From assembly GCA_039714095.1 (NCBI GenBank), contig JBDLJZ010000002.1, forward strand, positions 1-50,173: a stretch of 50,173 nucleotides of DNA, in the 5' to 3' direction. Shown piece after piece: positions 1 through 7,328 of this stretch. A program made the translations under genes and the position numbers. The notes under the pieces are model-generated. The model ran no database searches. It worked only from the letters and a program-made list of their open reading frames with translations, and had not been told where the DNA came from. The stretch comes from Nanobdellota archaeon (GTDB taxonomy: Archaea; Nanobdellota; Nanobdellia; Pacearchaeales; GW2011-AR1). Position 1 is the stretch's first letter, and each line of letters begins with the position of its first letter.

Positions 1-142
1 CTTCTTCACTATCTTTCCTTTTCAAAATAATTATTTTCCCAATCTTTCTATTTTTATACTCTTCTTTAGCTTTCTTTTTTCGTTCTTTTTGTATTTCTCC
101 ACCACTATTTGGAATTACAAGATAATCAAGCTCTTTTTTCAT
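1..142 (-). CDS. 5' part of an unidentified ORF running off the left edge (47 codons visible, MKKELDYLVIPNSGGEIQKERKK...)
   Basis: ATG at 142..140 on the minus strand, open to position 1. No recognisable motif. Confidence 0.25.
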   Translation of the reverse strand, partial: MKKELDYLVIPNSGGEIQKERKKKAKEEYKNRKIGKIIILKRKDSEE

Positions 143-223
143 AAATTAAAAACTCTTTTCCCATATAAAAACATTCTCAAAAATCACAATAATTCTTATA
201 AACAATTCAACTTTCATTTGAAA

Positions 224-1318
224 ATGGAAGATATATATCAAAACCCTTCAAATTCTGTACAACCAGAAATAAAAAATATTGACCACGAGTTGGCAGAATT
301 AATAAAATATCAAGCAGCAAAAATCAAAGTAATTGGTGTTGGAGGGGGTGGAAATAATTCTTTAAGTCGTATGAGAGAAATTGGAATTAAAGGGGGAGAA
401 TTAATTGCAGTAAATACAGATGCACAGGATTTATTGTATGCAAATGCAGACCAGAAAATTTTAATCGGAAAAGAATTAACTCAAGGACTCGGGGCAGGAA
501 GTAAACCTCAAATTGGACAAGAAGCAGCAAAAGAATCAGAATCAGAAATAAAGAAAAAAATTTCAGGAAGCGATATGATTTTTATTACTTGTGGTATGGG
601 GGGTGGGACAGGAACAGGCGCCGCACCAGAAATAGCAAAAATGGCAAAAAAACAAGGGGCTTTGACAATCGGCGTTGTAACTTTACCTTTTACAATTGAA
701 GGAAAAAAAAGAATTGAAAACGCTATGAATGGTTTAGAAAAAATGGAAACTTGTGTTGATACATTAATAGTTATTCCAAACGATAAATTACTTGAACTTG
801 CACCAGATTTGCCTTTACATACAGCATTCAAAATCTCAGACGAAATTTTAACAAATGCAGTAAAAGGGACAACAGAACTTGTAACAACTTCTGGTTTAGT
901 AAATTTAGATTTTGCAGATATAAAAACAGTTATGGTTAATGGAGGAGTTTCACTAATTGGAATGGGCGAATCTGATACAGCAGACAGGGCAATTGATGCA
1001 GTAGAAAAAGCAGTTCAAAATCCTTTGTTAGATGTTGATATCTCAAACGCAACAGGAGCGTTGGTAAATATTATTGGGGGACCTGATATGAGTTTAGACG
1101 AGTGCAAAATAATTATTGAAACAATTGGAAATAAACTAAATCCTGACGCCAGACTTATTTGGGGTTCTCAAATTGCAGCAGATATGGATAAATCAATAAG
1201 GGTTTTGCTAATAGCAACTGGTGTAAAAAGTTCGCAAATTTTTGGACATAAGGATTCTTTAGAAAATATAAAACATAAGGAAATTGAGGACGAATTAGGA
1301 ATAGAATTTTTTGAATAA
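224..1318 (+). CDS. ftsZ: cell division GTPase FtsZ
   Basis: IKVIGVGGGGNN N-terminal motif and tubulin signature GMGGGTGTGAAP. The track ORF starts at TTG 89, but the first ATG (MEDIYQ, 224) gives a normal FtsZ N-terminus. Confidence 0.93.
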   Translation: MEDIYQNPSNSVQPEIKNIDHELAELIKYQAAKIKVIGVGGGGNNSLSRMREIGIKGGELIAVNTDAQDLLYANADQKILIGKELTQGLGAGSKPQIGQEAAKESESEIKKKISGSDMIFITCGMGGGTGTGAAPEIAKMAKKQGALTIGVVTLPFTIEGKKRIENAMNGLEKMETCVDTLIVIPNDKLLELAPDLPLHTAFKISDEILTNAVKGTTELVTTSGLVNLDFADIKTVMVNGGVSLIGMGESDTADRAIDAVEKAVQNPLLDVDISNATGALVNIIGGPDMSLDECKIIIETIGNKLNPDARLIWGSQIAADMDKSIRVLLIATGVKSSQIFGHKDSLENIKHKEIEDELGIEFFE

Positions 1319-1348
1319 TTTTAAAAACTCAAAACTTCTTATTTTTTT

Positions 1349-1525
1349 ATGACATTATTAACAAAATCAAAATCATTTTTTATTAAATGCAAACGGGTTT
1401 GGCACACTTTAAAAAAACCTTCAAGAAAAGAATTTTGGATGGTGGCAAAAATTTCTGCTCTTGGAATTCTCGCATTAGGTATTTTTGGATTTTTAATTTC
1501 AATAGTAATGAAAAGTTTTTTTTAA
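1349..1525 (+). CDS. secE: protein translocase subunit SecE/Sec61-gamma (58 aa, below the ORF-track cutoff)
   Basis: Own translation: MTLLTKSKSFFIKCKRVWHTLKKPSRKEFWMVAKISALGILALGIFGFLISIVMKSFF. Basic N-terminus plus a single C-terminal TM. It sits in the conserved archaeal ftsZ-secE-nusG-rpl11 position. Confidence 0.6.
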   Translation: MTLLTKSKSFFIKCKRVWHTLKKPSRKEFWMVAKISALGILALGIFGFLISIVMKSFF

Positions 1526-1598
1526 CCAAAAATTTAAAAACCATAAATTTTAATTATTAATACTACTTCTTAGAAAGTTAAGAGGTAGACGAAGTAAT

Positions 1599-2057
1599 AT
1601 GATATTTATTATAAAAGTAATAACAAACAAAGAAGAACGAGCAGTAGAAATGATTTCTGAACGAGCAGAAAAAAAGAACCTAAATGTTTTTACAGTGCTA
1701 AGACCTCACGGACTTAGAGGCTATATTTTATTAGAAGCTGAAGACAGAGATTCAGCAGAAGAAGCTGTGTTTAATTTACCTTATGTAAAAGGAATAATTG
1801 GAAAGACAATTGATTATGAAGAAATAAAAAACATGATTGAGCCAACTGCAGTTACGATTTCAATAAAAGAAGGAGACATAGTAGAGATAATTGCAGAACC
1901 TTTTAAAAAAGAAAAAGCAAAAGTATTAAGAATTGATAAACAAAAAGAAGAAGTAGTTGTGAGTTTGCTTGGTGCGGTTGTTCCATTACCAGTAACAATT
2001 AAATTAGACAATGTAAAAGTAATAAGACGTGAAGAAGGAGACGAAGACAATGAATAA
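1599..2057 (+). CDS. nusG: transcription elongation factor Spt5/NusG
   Basis: NGN-like N-terminus (MIFIIKV..GLRGYILLEA) and KOW motif (GDIVEIIAEPFKKEKAKVLRID). Synteny with secE and rpl11. Confidence 0.8.
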   Translation: MIFIIKVITNKEERAVEMISERAEKKNLNVFTVLRPHGLRGYILLEAEDRDSAEEAVFNLPYVKGIIGKTIDYEEIKNMIEPTAVTISIKEGDIVEIIAEPFKKEKAKVLRIDKQKEEVVVSLLGAVVPLPVTIKLDNVKVIRREEGDEDNE

Positions 2058-2080
2058 AATCAAATTAATTAAATCAATTC

Positions 2081-2170
2081 CTACGCGATTTTCGTCAGAT
2101 TGCACGAAAAAAATCGCCCAACCGCAACGAGAGGGAAGGTTACGCGAAGGAAACCGTAGGTGTCCTCGCA
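2081..2170 (+). repeat. G+C-rich structured repeat, family 1, copy A (hairpin H1 + tail, abuts the rpl11 ATG)
   Basis: H1 hairpin gcgattttcgt-cagattgc-acgaaaaaaatcgc at 2085..2117. 35 nt are identical to copy B. The tail ggaaaccgtaggtgtcctcgca lies directly before ATG 2171. Confidence 0.6.
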
Positions 2171-2821
2171 ATGCAGATTAAAATTTTAGCAGAAGGCGGA
2201 GCAATGAAGCCAGGACCAGCTTTAAGCCAAAAGCTTGGGCCAGCAGGAATTAATATTAATGAAGTTATTCTAAAAGTAAATGAAGCAACAAAAAATTTCA
2301 AAGGATTAAAAGTTCCAGTTGAATTAGAAGTTGATTTGGGAACAAAAGAATTTGAAGTAAAAGTTTCTTCACCACCAATGTCAGAATTAATGAAAAGAGA
2401 GCTTGGAATTGAAAAAGGTTCAGGAACACAAAAGAAAATGCAAGTAGCAAATGCATCTATTGAACAAGTTATTTCTGTAGCAAAAACAAAATTGCCAAAT
2501 CTTTTGGCTAAGGATTTGAAAGCAGCAGTAAAATTGACTATTGGAACTTGTACAAGTTTGGGAGTATTAATTGAAAATAAACCTGCAGTTGAAGTGGCAA
2601 AAGAAATTGAAGAAGGAAAATATGATAAAGAAATTCAGGACGAAAAAACAGAAACTTCTGAAGAAAAGAAAAAAGAACTGGACGAATATTTCTCAAAGAC
2701 AAATGCAGAACAGCAAAAGATTTTGAAACAAGAAGAAGCTGTTAAAGAAGCTGAGGCAGAAAAGAAAGCAGAAAAAGAAGTTGAAAAACCTGCCGAGAAA
2801 AAAGAAGAACCTAAAAAATAA
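2171..2821 (+). CDS. rpl11: 50S ribosomal protein L11 (uL11) with a Lys/Glu-rich C-terminal extension
   Basis: GGAMKPGPALSQKLGPAGININEV matches the uL11 N-terminal domain motif. At 216 aa it is longer than the roughly 160 aa I recall as typical, and the tail is EKKKELDEY..EAEKKAEKEVEKPAEKKEEPKK. Confidence 0.9.
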   Translation: MQIKILAEGGAMKPGPALSQKLGPAGININEVILKVNEATKNFKGLKVPVELEVDLGTKEFEVKVSSPPMSELMKRELGIEKGSGTQKKMQVANASIEQVISVAKTKLPNLLAKDLKAAVKLTIGTCTSLGVLIENKPAVEVAKEIEEGKYDKEIQDEKTETSEEKKKELDEYFSKTNAEQQKILKQEEAVKEAEAEKKAEKEVEKPAEKKEEPKK

Positions 2822-2871
2822 TTCTAATAAGAAGATTTATTAAACTAAAATAGGTATGTAATTTTATGTAT

Positions 2872-2944
2872 GGGGTTATGGGGTAGCCTGGTAGCCTTTC
2901 AGGTTTGGGGCCTGACGACCCCGGTTCAAATCCGGGTAACCCCA
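2872..2944 (+). tRNA. tRNA-Pro (anticodon TGG)
   Basis: Hand-folded cloverleaf: acceptor GGGGTTA/TAACCCC, D-arm GGGT-AGCCTGGTA-GCCT, anticodon stem TCAGG/CCTGA with loop TTTGGGG (TGG, G37), T-arm CCCGG-TTCAAAT-CCGGG, discriminator A. 73 nt, no encoded CCA. Confidence 0.85.
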
Positions 2945-3143
2945 TTATTACAACATTCTCCGAATGTTGTAAATTTTATTAACCCAAGGATTTGATATCC
3001 TTCAAATTCCGAGCACCTCTGAAATTTCTAATAAATGAACAGAAATTCAAAAGTGAATTTAAAGAAAATTTTACGGGTTGGGAGTTGGTAACCCCATATT
3101 TTAAAACAAAACATTTTAAAACCAAATTCATTACTTATTTCCA

Positions 3144-3362
3144 ATGGCAACAAAATCAAAAAAAACAAAATCAGCAGGAAGATTCGGAGCAAGATATGGT
3201 AAACGAATCAAAGATAATCTTGTAAAAGTTGAAACTAAACAAAGAGTAAAACAAAAATGTCCTTTTTGTGAAAAACTTGGAGTAAAACGACTTTCAAAAG
3301 GAATCTGGAGCTGCTCAAAGTGTGATAAAAAGTTCGCATCAAATACTTATCATTTAGATTAA
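3144..3362 (+). CDS. rpl37ae: 50S ribosomal protein L37Ae (eL43)
   Basis: AGRFGARYG N-terminus plus zinc ribbon CPFC..CSKC. 72 aa. Confidence 0.9.
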   Translation: MATKSKKTKSAGRFGARYGKRIKDNLVKVETKQRVKQKCPFCEKLGVKRLSKGIWSCSKCDKKFASNTYHLD

Positions 3363-3507
3363 ATTATTTTTGAAGCATAACAAAAATTTCAAAAATAATC
3401 CCAAAGGGCGAGTGTTTCAATGATTACGAGTATAAAGATTTTTAAAAAAATCTACAATAAATTTAAATACTTAAAATAATAAAAAACAAAATGGACAAAA
3501 AATTAAA

Positions 3508-3654
3508 TATGCGATTTTCGTCAGATTGCACGAAAAAAATCGCCCCCCAAATGAAGGGAATGGTTAAGCCGAAGTTATTGGAAAGCGACAAAAGTCAAAC
3601 ACTAATAACGACTTTTCAATGGCTGAGCCAAAGGAAACCGCAGGTGTCCTAGCA
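3508..3654 (+). repeat. G+C-rich structured repeat, family 1, copy B (H1 + H2 + tail, abuts the rpoP ATG)
   Basis: H1 at 3511..3543 is identical to copy A. H2 is an imperfect long hairpin at 3571..3629. The tail aaaggaaaccgcaggtgtcctagca precedes ATG 3655. Confidence 0.6.
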
Positions 3655-3792
3655 ATGACAACTTACAAATGTTTCAAATGCGGGGAAAAAATAAAAAACC
3701 AAGATTTAGATAAAAGATTTGTTTGTCCACATTGCGGAAGTTTAATTTTTTTTAAATCAAGAACAAAATTAAGAACACTAAAAACAGACTAA
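3655..3792 (+). CDS. rpoP: DNA-directed RNA polymerase subunit P (Rpo12), 45 aa, below the ORF-track cutoff
   Basis: Own translation: MTTYKCFKCGEKIKNQDLDKRFVCPHCGSLIFFKSRTKLRTLKTD. CxxC..CxxC zinc ribbon. The stop overlaps the next ATG (TAATG). Matches the rpl37ae-rpoP-pfdB gene order I recall for archaea. Confidence 0.75.
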   Translation: MTTYKCFKCGEKIKNQDLDKRFVCPHCGSLIFFKSRTKLRTLKTD

Positions 3793-4106
3793 TGGAACAA
3801 AATAACTCTATACAAGAAATGCAAATGATTGAACAAAACCTTCAAAATATTTTAATGCAAAAACAAGCTTTTCAAATGGAATTTTCTGAAACACAAGGCT
3901 CATTAAAAGAAGTAAAAGAATCCAATGATGAGGTTTTTAAAATTGTAGGACAATTTATGATAAAGACAAATAGAGACAAAATAACAGAAGAATTAACTAA
4001 TAAAGAAAAAATAATTGATTTAAGAATTAAATCTCTTGAAAAACAAGAAGCAACATTTTCAGAGCAATTGACAAAATTAAGGGATAAAGCACTAAAGAAG
4101 AATTAA
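3792..4106 (+). CDS. pfdB: prefoldin beta subunit
   Basis: 104-aa coiled-coil / beta-hairpin / coiled-coil pattern (..DEVFKIVGQFMIKTNRDKITEEL..). Position is immediately after rpoP. Confidence 0.7.
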   Translation: MEQNNSIQEMQMIEQNLQNILMQKQAFQMEFSETQGSLKEVKESNDEVFKIVGQFMIKTNRDKITEELTNKEKIIDLRIKSLEKQEATFSEQLTKLRDKALKKN

Positions 4107-4126
4107 TATACAAAAGTCACGAAATC

Positions 4127-4134
4127 TTTATAAA
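4127..4134 (+). promoter_or_regulatory. putative TATA box (TTTATAAA) about 26 nt upstream of the sepF ATG (leaderless-type spacing)
   Basis: The sequence ctTTTATAAAtat is centred 26 nt before ATG 4156. The same box and spacing recur before other genes. Confidence 0.4.
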
Positions 4135-4155
4135 TATCTTACATATAAAATTAAT

Positions 4156-4548
4156 ATGGTATTCAATAAAATAAGAAAAGCCTTGTCAGATTCTTCTGTT
4201 GATTCTTTTGAAGATGAATATTTAGAAATTGATTTAGAACAACAAAATAAAAAAGAAAAAAAAGTAATGGTAAAACTTTTCTCATTAAAACAATACGAAG
4301 ATGTTAATGATATTCTAAATTCTTTAAGAGAAGGCTATACAATTGCAGTTATTGATATACAAGTTTTGAGAAAAAAAGATTCTATTGAGTTAAAACGAGC
4401 AATTTCTAAATTAAAGAAAACAACAGATGCTCTCGAGGGAAACATTGCAGGATTTGGAGAAAATATAGTTATTGTAACTCCTTCTTTTGCACAAATACAC
4501 AAAGAAGTTTTACAGCCAAAAAAAGAAGGCGGATTTGATACTTATTAG
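4156..4548 (+). CDS. sepF: cell division protein SepF (FtsZ anchor)
   Basis: C-terminal SepF-like core: LREGYTIAVIDIQVL..LKRAISKLKKTTDALEGNIAGFGENIVIVTP. ftsZ is present in the same window. Confidence 0.7.
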   Translation: MVFNKIRKALSDSSVDSFEDEYLEIDLEQQNKKEKKVMVKLFSLKQYEDVNDILNSLREGYTIAVIDIQVLRKKDSIELKRAISKLKKTTDALEGNIAGFGENIVIVTPSFAQIHKEVLQPKKEGGFDTY

Positions 4549-4556
4549 TTCAAAAC

Positions 4557-4564
4557 TTTTATAA
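4557..4564 (+). promoter_or_regulatory. putative TATA box (TTTTATAA) about 27 nt upstream of the dph2 ATG
   Basis: The sequence acTTTTATAAct lies before ATG 4587. Confidence 0.4.
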
Positions 4565-4586
4565 CTCTCTCTAATTTATTTCTTAT

Positions 4587-5198
4587 ATGAAAACTTTGTT
4601 TATTCCAGCAAAATCAACTTTACAAATTACAGATTTAGAAATAAAATCTCTATCAAAAAAACTTCCTAAAAATTTCACAATTGCTTATTCTATACAATAT
4701 AAAGAATTAGCAGAAAAAATAAAATTAAATCTTTCCAAAAAACACAAAATAAATTCATTTATTCAAGTCTTAGGTTGTAGTAAACCAAAATTACCAAAAA
4801 GCACAAAATCAGTCTTATTAATAAGTGATGGAAAATTTCACGCAACTTCTTTAGCCTACGAAACAAAAATTCCAGTTTACCTATTTACTAGTGGAATTTT
4901 AGAAAAAATTTCAAAAAAAGAAATAGAAATTTTTTCAAAAAAACAAAAAGGCGCTTACTTGAAATATCTTCACGCAGAAAAAATAGGAATTTTAATTTCA
5001 ACAAAATCTGGACAAGAAAATCTCAAAAAAGCAATAGATTTTCAAAAGAAAATAAAAAATAAAAAATCTTACCTATTTATTAGTAATAATATAGATACAA
5101 ATGAATTTGAAAATTTTCAAATAGATTCATGGATTAATACTTCTTGTCCAAGAATGGATATGAATGAAGGTTCTATAATTAATATTAGCAAGATTTAG
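4587..5198 (+). CDS. dph2: compact Dph2-like protein (diphthamide synthesis, radical-SAM-type 4Fe-4S)
   Basis: VLGCS, DGKFHATS and NTSCPRM resemble the three Cys-containing Dph2 motifs as I recall them. At 203 aa it is shorter than I recall for archaeal Dph2 (roughly 330 aa). Confidence 0.5.
   Translation: MKTLFIPAKSTLQITDLEIKSLSKKLPKNFTIAYSIQYKELAEKIKLNLSKKHKINSFIQVLGCSKPKLPKSTKSVLLISDGKFHATSLAYETKIPVYLFTSGILEKISKKEIEIFSKKQKGAYLKYLHAEKIGILISTKSGQENLKKAIDFQKKIKNKKSYLFISNNIDTNEFENFQIDSWINTSCPRMDMNEGSIINISKI
5154..5198. repeat. direct repeat copy 1 (functional dph2 3' end)
   Basis: ATGGATATGAATGAAGGTTCTATAATTAATATTAGCAAGATTTAG matches 6529..6573 at 41 of 45 positions. Confidence 0.8.
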
Positions 5199-5199
5199 T

Positions 5200-5487
5200 C
5201 TAATATTCTGTTTGCATATATTCGCAGACTATATTTATTATTTTTTTAATTGTTTCATTGCAATTTTTAAATTTTAAATCATTCAAGATGATAACCCCAA
5301 ATTCTCTTATAATATCACTTATTAATGCATGTATAAACGATTGCGTTGCAGACTCAACTCCTTCAAAATCTAAAATAACTTCTTCATTTTTTCTTAAATT
5401 TGGAATGATTTGTGATACTCTAATTTCTTTAGCAGTATCTTTATTTTCTGCAAAATTTCCTACTTTGTCTAATAATTTTATTTCCAT
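5200..5487 (-). CDS. STAS-like (DUF4325-type) small protein
   Basis: 95 aa. ..EVILDFEGVESATQSFIHALISDIIREFG.. is typical of DUF4325/anti-anti-sigma-like folds. Separated from the upstream GHKL ATPase by 1 nt. Confidence 0.6.
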   Translation of the reverse strand: MEIKLLDKVGNFAENKDTAKEIRVSQIIPNLRKNEEVILDFEGVESATQSFIHALISDIIREFGVIILNDLKFKNCNETIKKIINIVCEYMQTEY

Positions 5488-5488
5488 A

Positions 5489-6448
5489 TTAAATGAACTT
5501 TGGTCTTTTGTATCTTTTTTTATTTAATTCTTTTCTTGTTTTTGAATAAACAGCTTTGATTTTATCTAAGAAATTATTAAAATCTATATTTTCATTTAAA
5601 CATAAATCAATAGCTACAATAGTTCCATTCCAATTTGGCAAATTTTCTTCTACTGAATAATGATCTTTTAATGGGTCTGATATAAATTTAATAGTTTGTT
5701 TTTTAGGTGTTTTTAATAATTTATACATAGAATCTCCACTATAAATTAAGAAATAGTTTCTACTTAATTTTATTAATGATTTTATAAAAAATAATCCTGC
5801 ACCTGCATTTTGTTCACTTCCTCCTATTTTTTTTGTAGTTCCAGTTATTCCTGGTTGTAACGCAAGGGATAAAGCTTCTAGATTTGTTTTTGGATTATAA
5901 TTATTTAGAGATTTTTTTATTCCTATGCCAATATCTACAACGCCAATTCTTATTTTATTACATTTAGGGTAATATTGCGCACATATAATAGCACCTTCTT
6001 TTGAATAAGAATGCTCAAGGACATTTCTTACCAATTCACTAATAACATATTCTATTGATTTTAATTTATCTGGCTTATGTAAAAGGGGAATCATATCTCT
6101 TATAAAATTCTCAAGTTGATTAGAATTTTTAATTAATTGAATCGGGATGAATCTTCCAGATTCTTCATGCTTGTTTATACTCATTTCAGAATTTAAATTC
6201 AATAATTTGAAAACACCCATCCTTTCTAAATAATGTTTTGATTTAGCTTCCATTTTATTAAAATGTAAATTTTTTTTATTTTTTAATTTAAGTCCCAGTG
6301 CCACAATAATACATAATACGAAAGGGTGTAGAGAAACCCATTTCTCATGTGAAGTTATAATTAATTCATCTTCGTTATTTGTATCAAGAGATTTTAAGAA
6401 ACTATTAATATTTCCAATCCATGCTCCTGCAGGTAAGTGTATTTTCAT
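5489..6448 (-). CDS. GHKL (histidine-kinase-like / RsbW-SpoIIAB-like) ATPase with an unknown N-terminal domain
   Basis: N-box ELVRNVLEHS, G1 box VDIGIGI, G2 box GAGLFFIKSL. The roughly 130-aa N-terminal domain (YLERMGVFKLL..GRFIPIQLI) is unassigned. Confidence 0.7.
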   Translation of the reverse strand: MKIHLPAGAWIGNINSFLKSLDTNNEDELIITSHEKWVSLHPFVLCIIVALGLKLKNKKNLHFNKMEAKSKHYLERMGVFKLLNLNSEMSINKHEESGRFIPIQLIKNSNQLENFIRDMIPLLHKPDKLKSIEYVISELVRNVLEHSYSKEGAIICAQYYPKCNKIRIGVVDIGIGIKKSLNNYNPKTNLEALSLALQPGITGTTKKIGGSEQNAGAGLFFIKSLIKLSRNYFLIYSGDSMYKLLKTPKKQTIKFISDPLKDHYSVEENLPNWNGTIVAIDLCLNENIDFNNFLDKIKAVYSKTRKELNKKRYKRPKFI

Positions 6449-6488
6449 ACTATTTAATAAATATAAAACTTATTAAAACCTTTCTTTT

Positions 6489-6505
6489 TACCAGGATTCC
6501 TGGTA
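6489..6505. promoter_or_regulatory. palindrome TACCAGG-att-CCTGGTA upstream of the GHKL gene promoter
   Basis: 7-bp perfect arms. It lies about 40-55 nt upstream of ATG 6448 on the minus strand, just beyond a TTTTATATTTA box. Confidence 0.3.
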
Positions 6506-6528
6506 AAATCCACATAACATCTTGCCTA

Positions 6529-6573
6529 ATAGATATGAATGAGGGTTCTATAATTAATATTAGTAAGATTAAC
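6529..6573. repeat. direct repeat copy 2 (displaced relic of the dph2 3' end, still reads IDMNEGSIINISKIN-stop)
   Basis: ATAGATATGAATGAGGGTTCTATAATTAATATTAGTAAGATTAAC. Weaker similarity continues about 20 nt upstream (catcttgcctaat versus cttcttgtccaagaat). Confidence 0.8.
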
Positions 6574-6796
6574 TAAATATTCCATGTTCAATTCTTTCAA
6601 GTTCTTGTTCAACCTGAAAATATTTGTTTGCTTCACAATATTCATTAGGAGATGAATTTCCTAAGGCAATGCAAGGTGTATTATACCATTCTATTGCTTT
6701 ATTAATTTCACCTTCAAAAACATCAACAATTTTTTCAGCAAATTTTTTCCCTGCTGTTTCACACATATTTTCAAGTTTTTTATTTGGTTTATCCAT
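6569..6796 (-). CDS. DUF2384 (Xre/MbcA/ParS-type) antitoxin-like protein, no RES-type partner nearby
   Basis: AIEWYNTPCIALGNSSPNEYC....ELERIEHGIF matches the W..P...LgG.sP / L.rie.G pattern of DUF2384. Confidence 0.5.
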   Translation of the reverse strand: MDKPNKKLENMCETAGKKFAEKIVDVFEGEINKAIEWYNTPCIALGNSSPNEYCEANKYFQVEQELERIEHGIFS

Positions 6797-7182
6797 TAAA
6801 CTTTAGCTATTGAGAAAACAGTCTTCAAAGCTACAATAATTGTTGCTGGAACAAATAATACTAATAATGCCGCAAAAATAGAAGAAACAGTTTCCCCTAT
6901 ACCAATACCTATTAATGAGCCTGTTACACTCTCCATACCAAATTTACTAACAATAACTAATACTGCCCCTGCTAACATAAAAGTTTGAGATTCCTTGCCT
7001 GCAACATTTACAAATCCTACAATTAAACCAAGGATTAACAAAATCCCATAAATTTGTGCACTATATGCAGTTAATGCAGGAATAGGTATTAAAGTAGCTG
7101 AAATCCCAATAATCAACGCCAAAATAACCCCTATCAAGAATGCCCATGCCCCAATAGAATTTTCCTGAGATTTAATCACCAT
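6796..7182 (-). CDS. small polytopic membrane protein
   Basis: Four hydrophobic helices. Start moved to MVIKSQEN (ATG 7182) because a TTTTATATAT box lies 26 nt upstream, inside the track's N-terminal extension. Confidence 0.5.
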   Translation of the reverse strand: MVIKSQENSIGAWAFLIGVILALIIGISATLIPIPALTAYSAQIYGILLILGLIVGFVNVAGKESQTFMLAGAVLVIVSKFGMESVTGSLIGIGIGETVSSIFAALLVLFVPATIIVALKTVFSIAKV

Positions 7183-7293
7183 TTTGTTAAGATAAATAAA
7201 CCTTTCAAATATATAAAACTTTTTATATGACATTTTTCCATTAAAATAACTCCAAATAATCCAAAATCAAACATATTTTCAATTACAGAAAAC

Positions 7294-7301
7294 TTTATAA
7301 A
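7294..7301 (+). promoter_or_regulatory. putative TATA box (TTTATAAA) upstream of the 716-aa surface protein gene
   Basis: The sequence aacTTTATAAAcc lies about 30 nt before ATG 7329. Confidence 0.35.
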
Positions 7302-7328
7302 CCATAGTAACTCCCAAATGACTACAAA

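Noticed and set aside
89-223. 45-codon N-terminal extension of FtsZ from TTG 89
   Set aside because: The extension is hydrophobic and low-complexity and overlaps the divergent promoter region. The first ATG at 224 gives a canonical FtsZ N-terminus.
2992-3225. 77-aa ORF upstream of and overlapping rpl37ae
   Set aside because: It overlaps the start of the clearly real L37Ae gene in another frame and begins inside the tRNA-Pro downstream hairpin region. It has no motif.
3491-3652. 53-aa ORF (MDKKLNMRFSSDCTKKIAPQ...) running through repeat copy B
   Set aside because: The equivalent frame in copy C hits a stop (…gac aaa tgt taa). Copy A lacks the middle of the element. Conservation is therefore not at the protein level.
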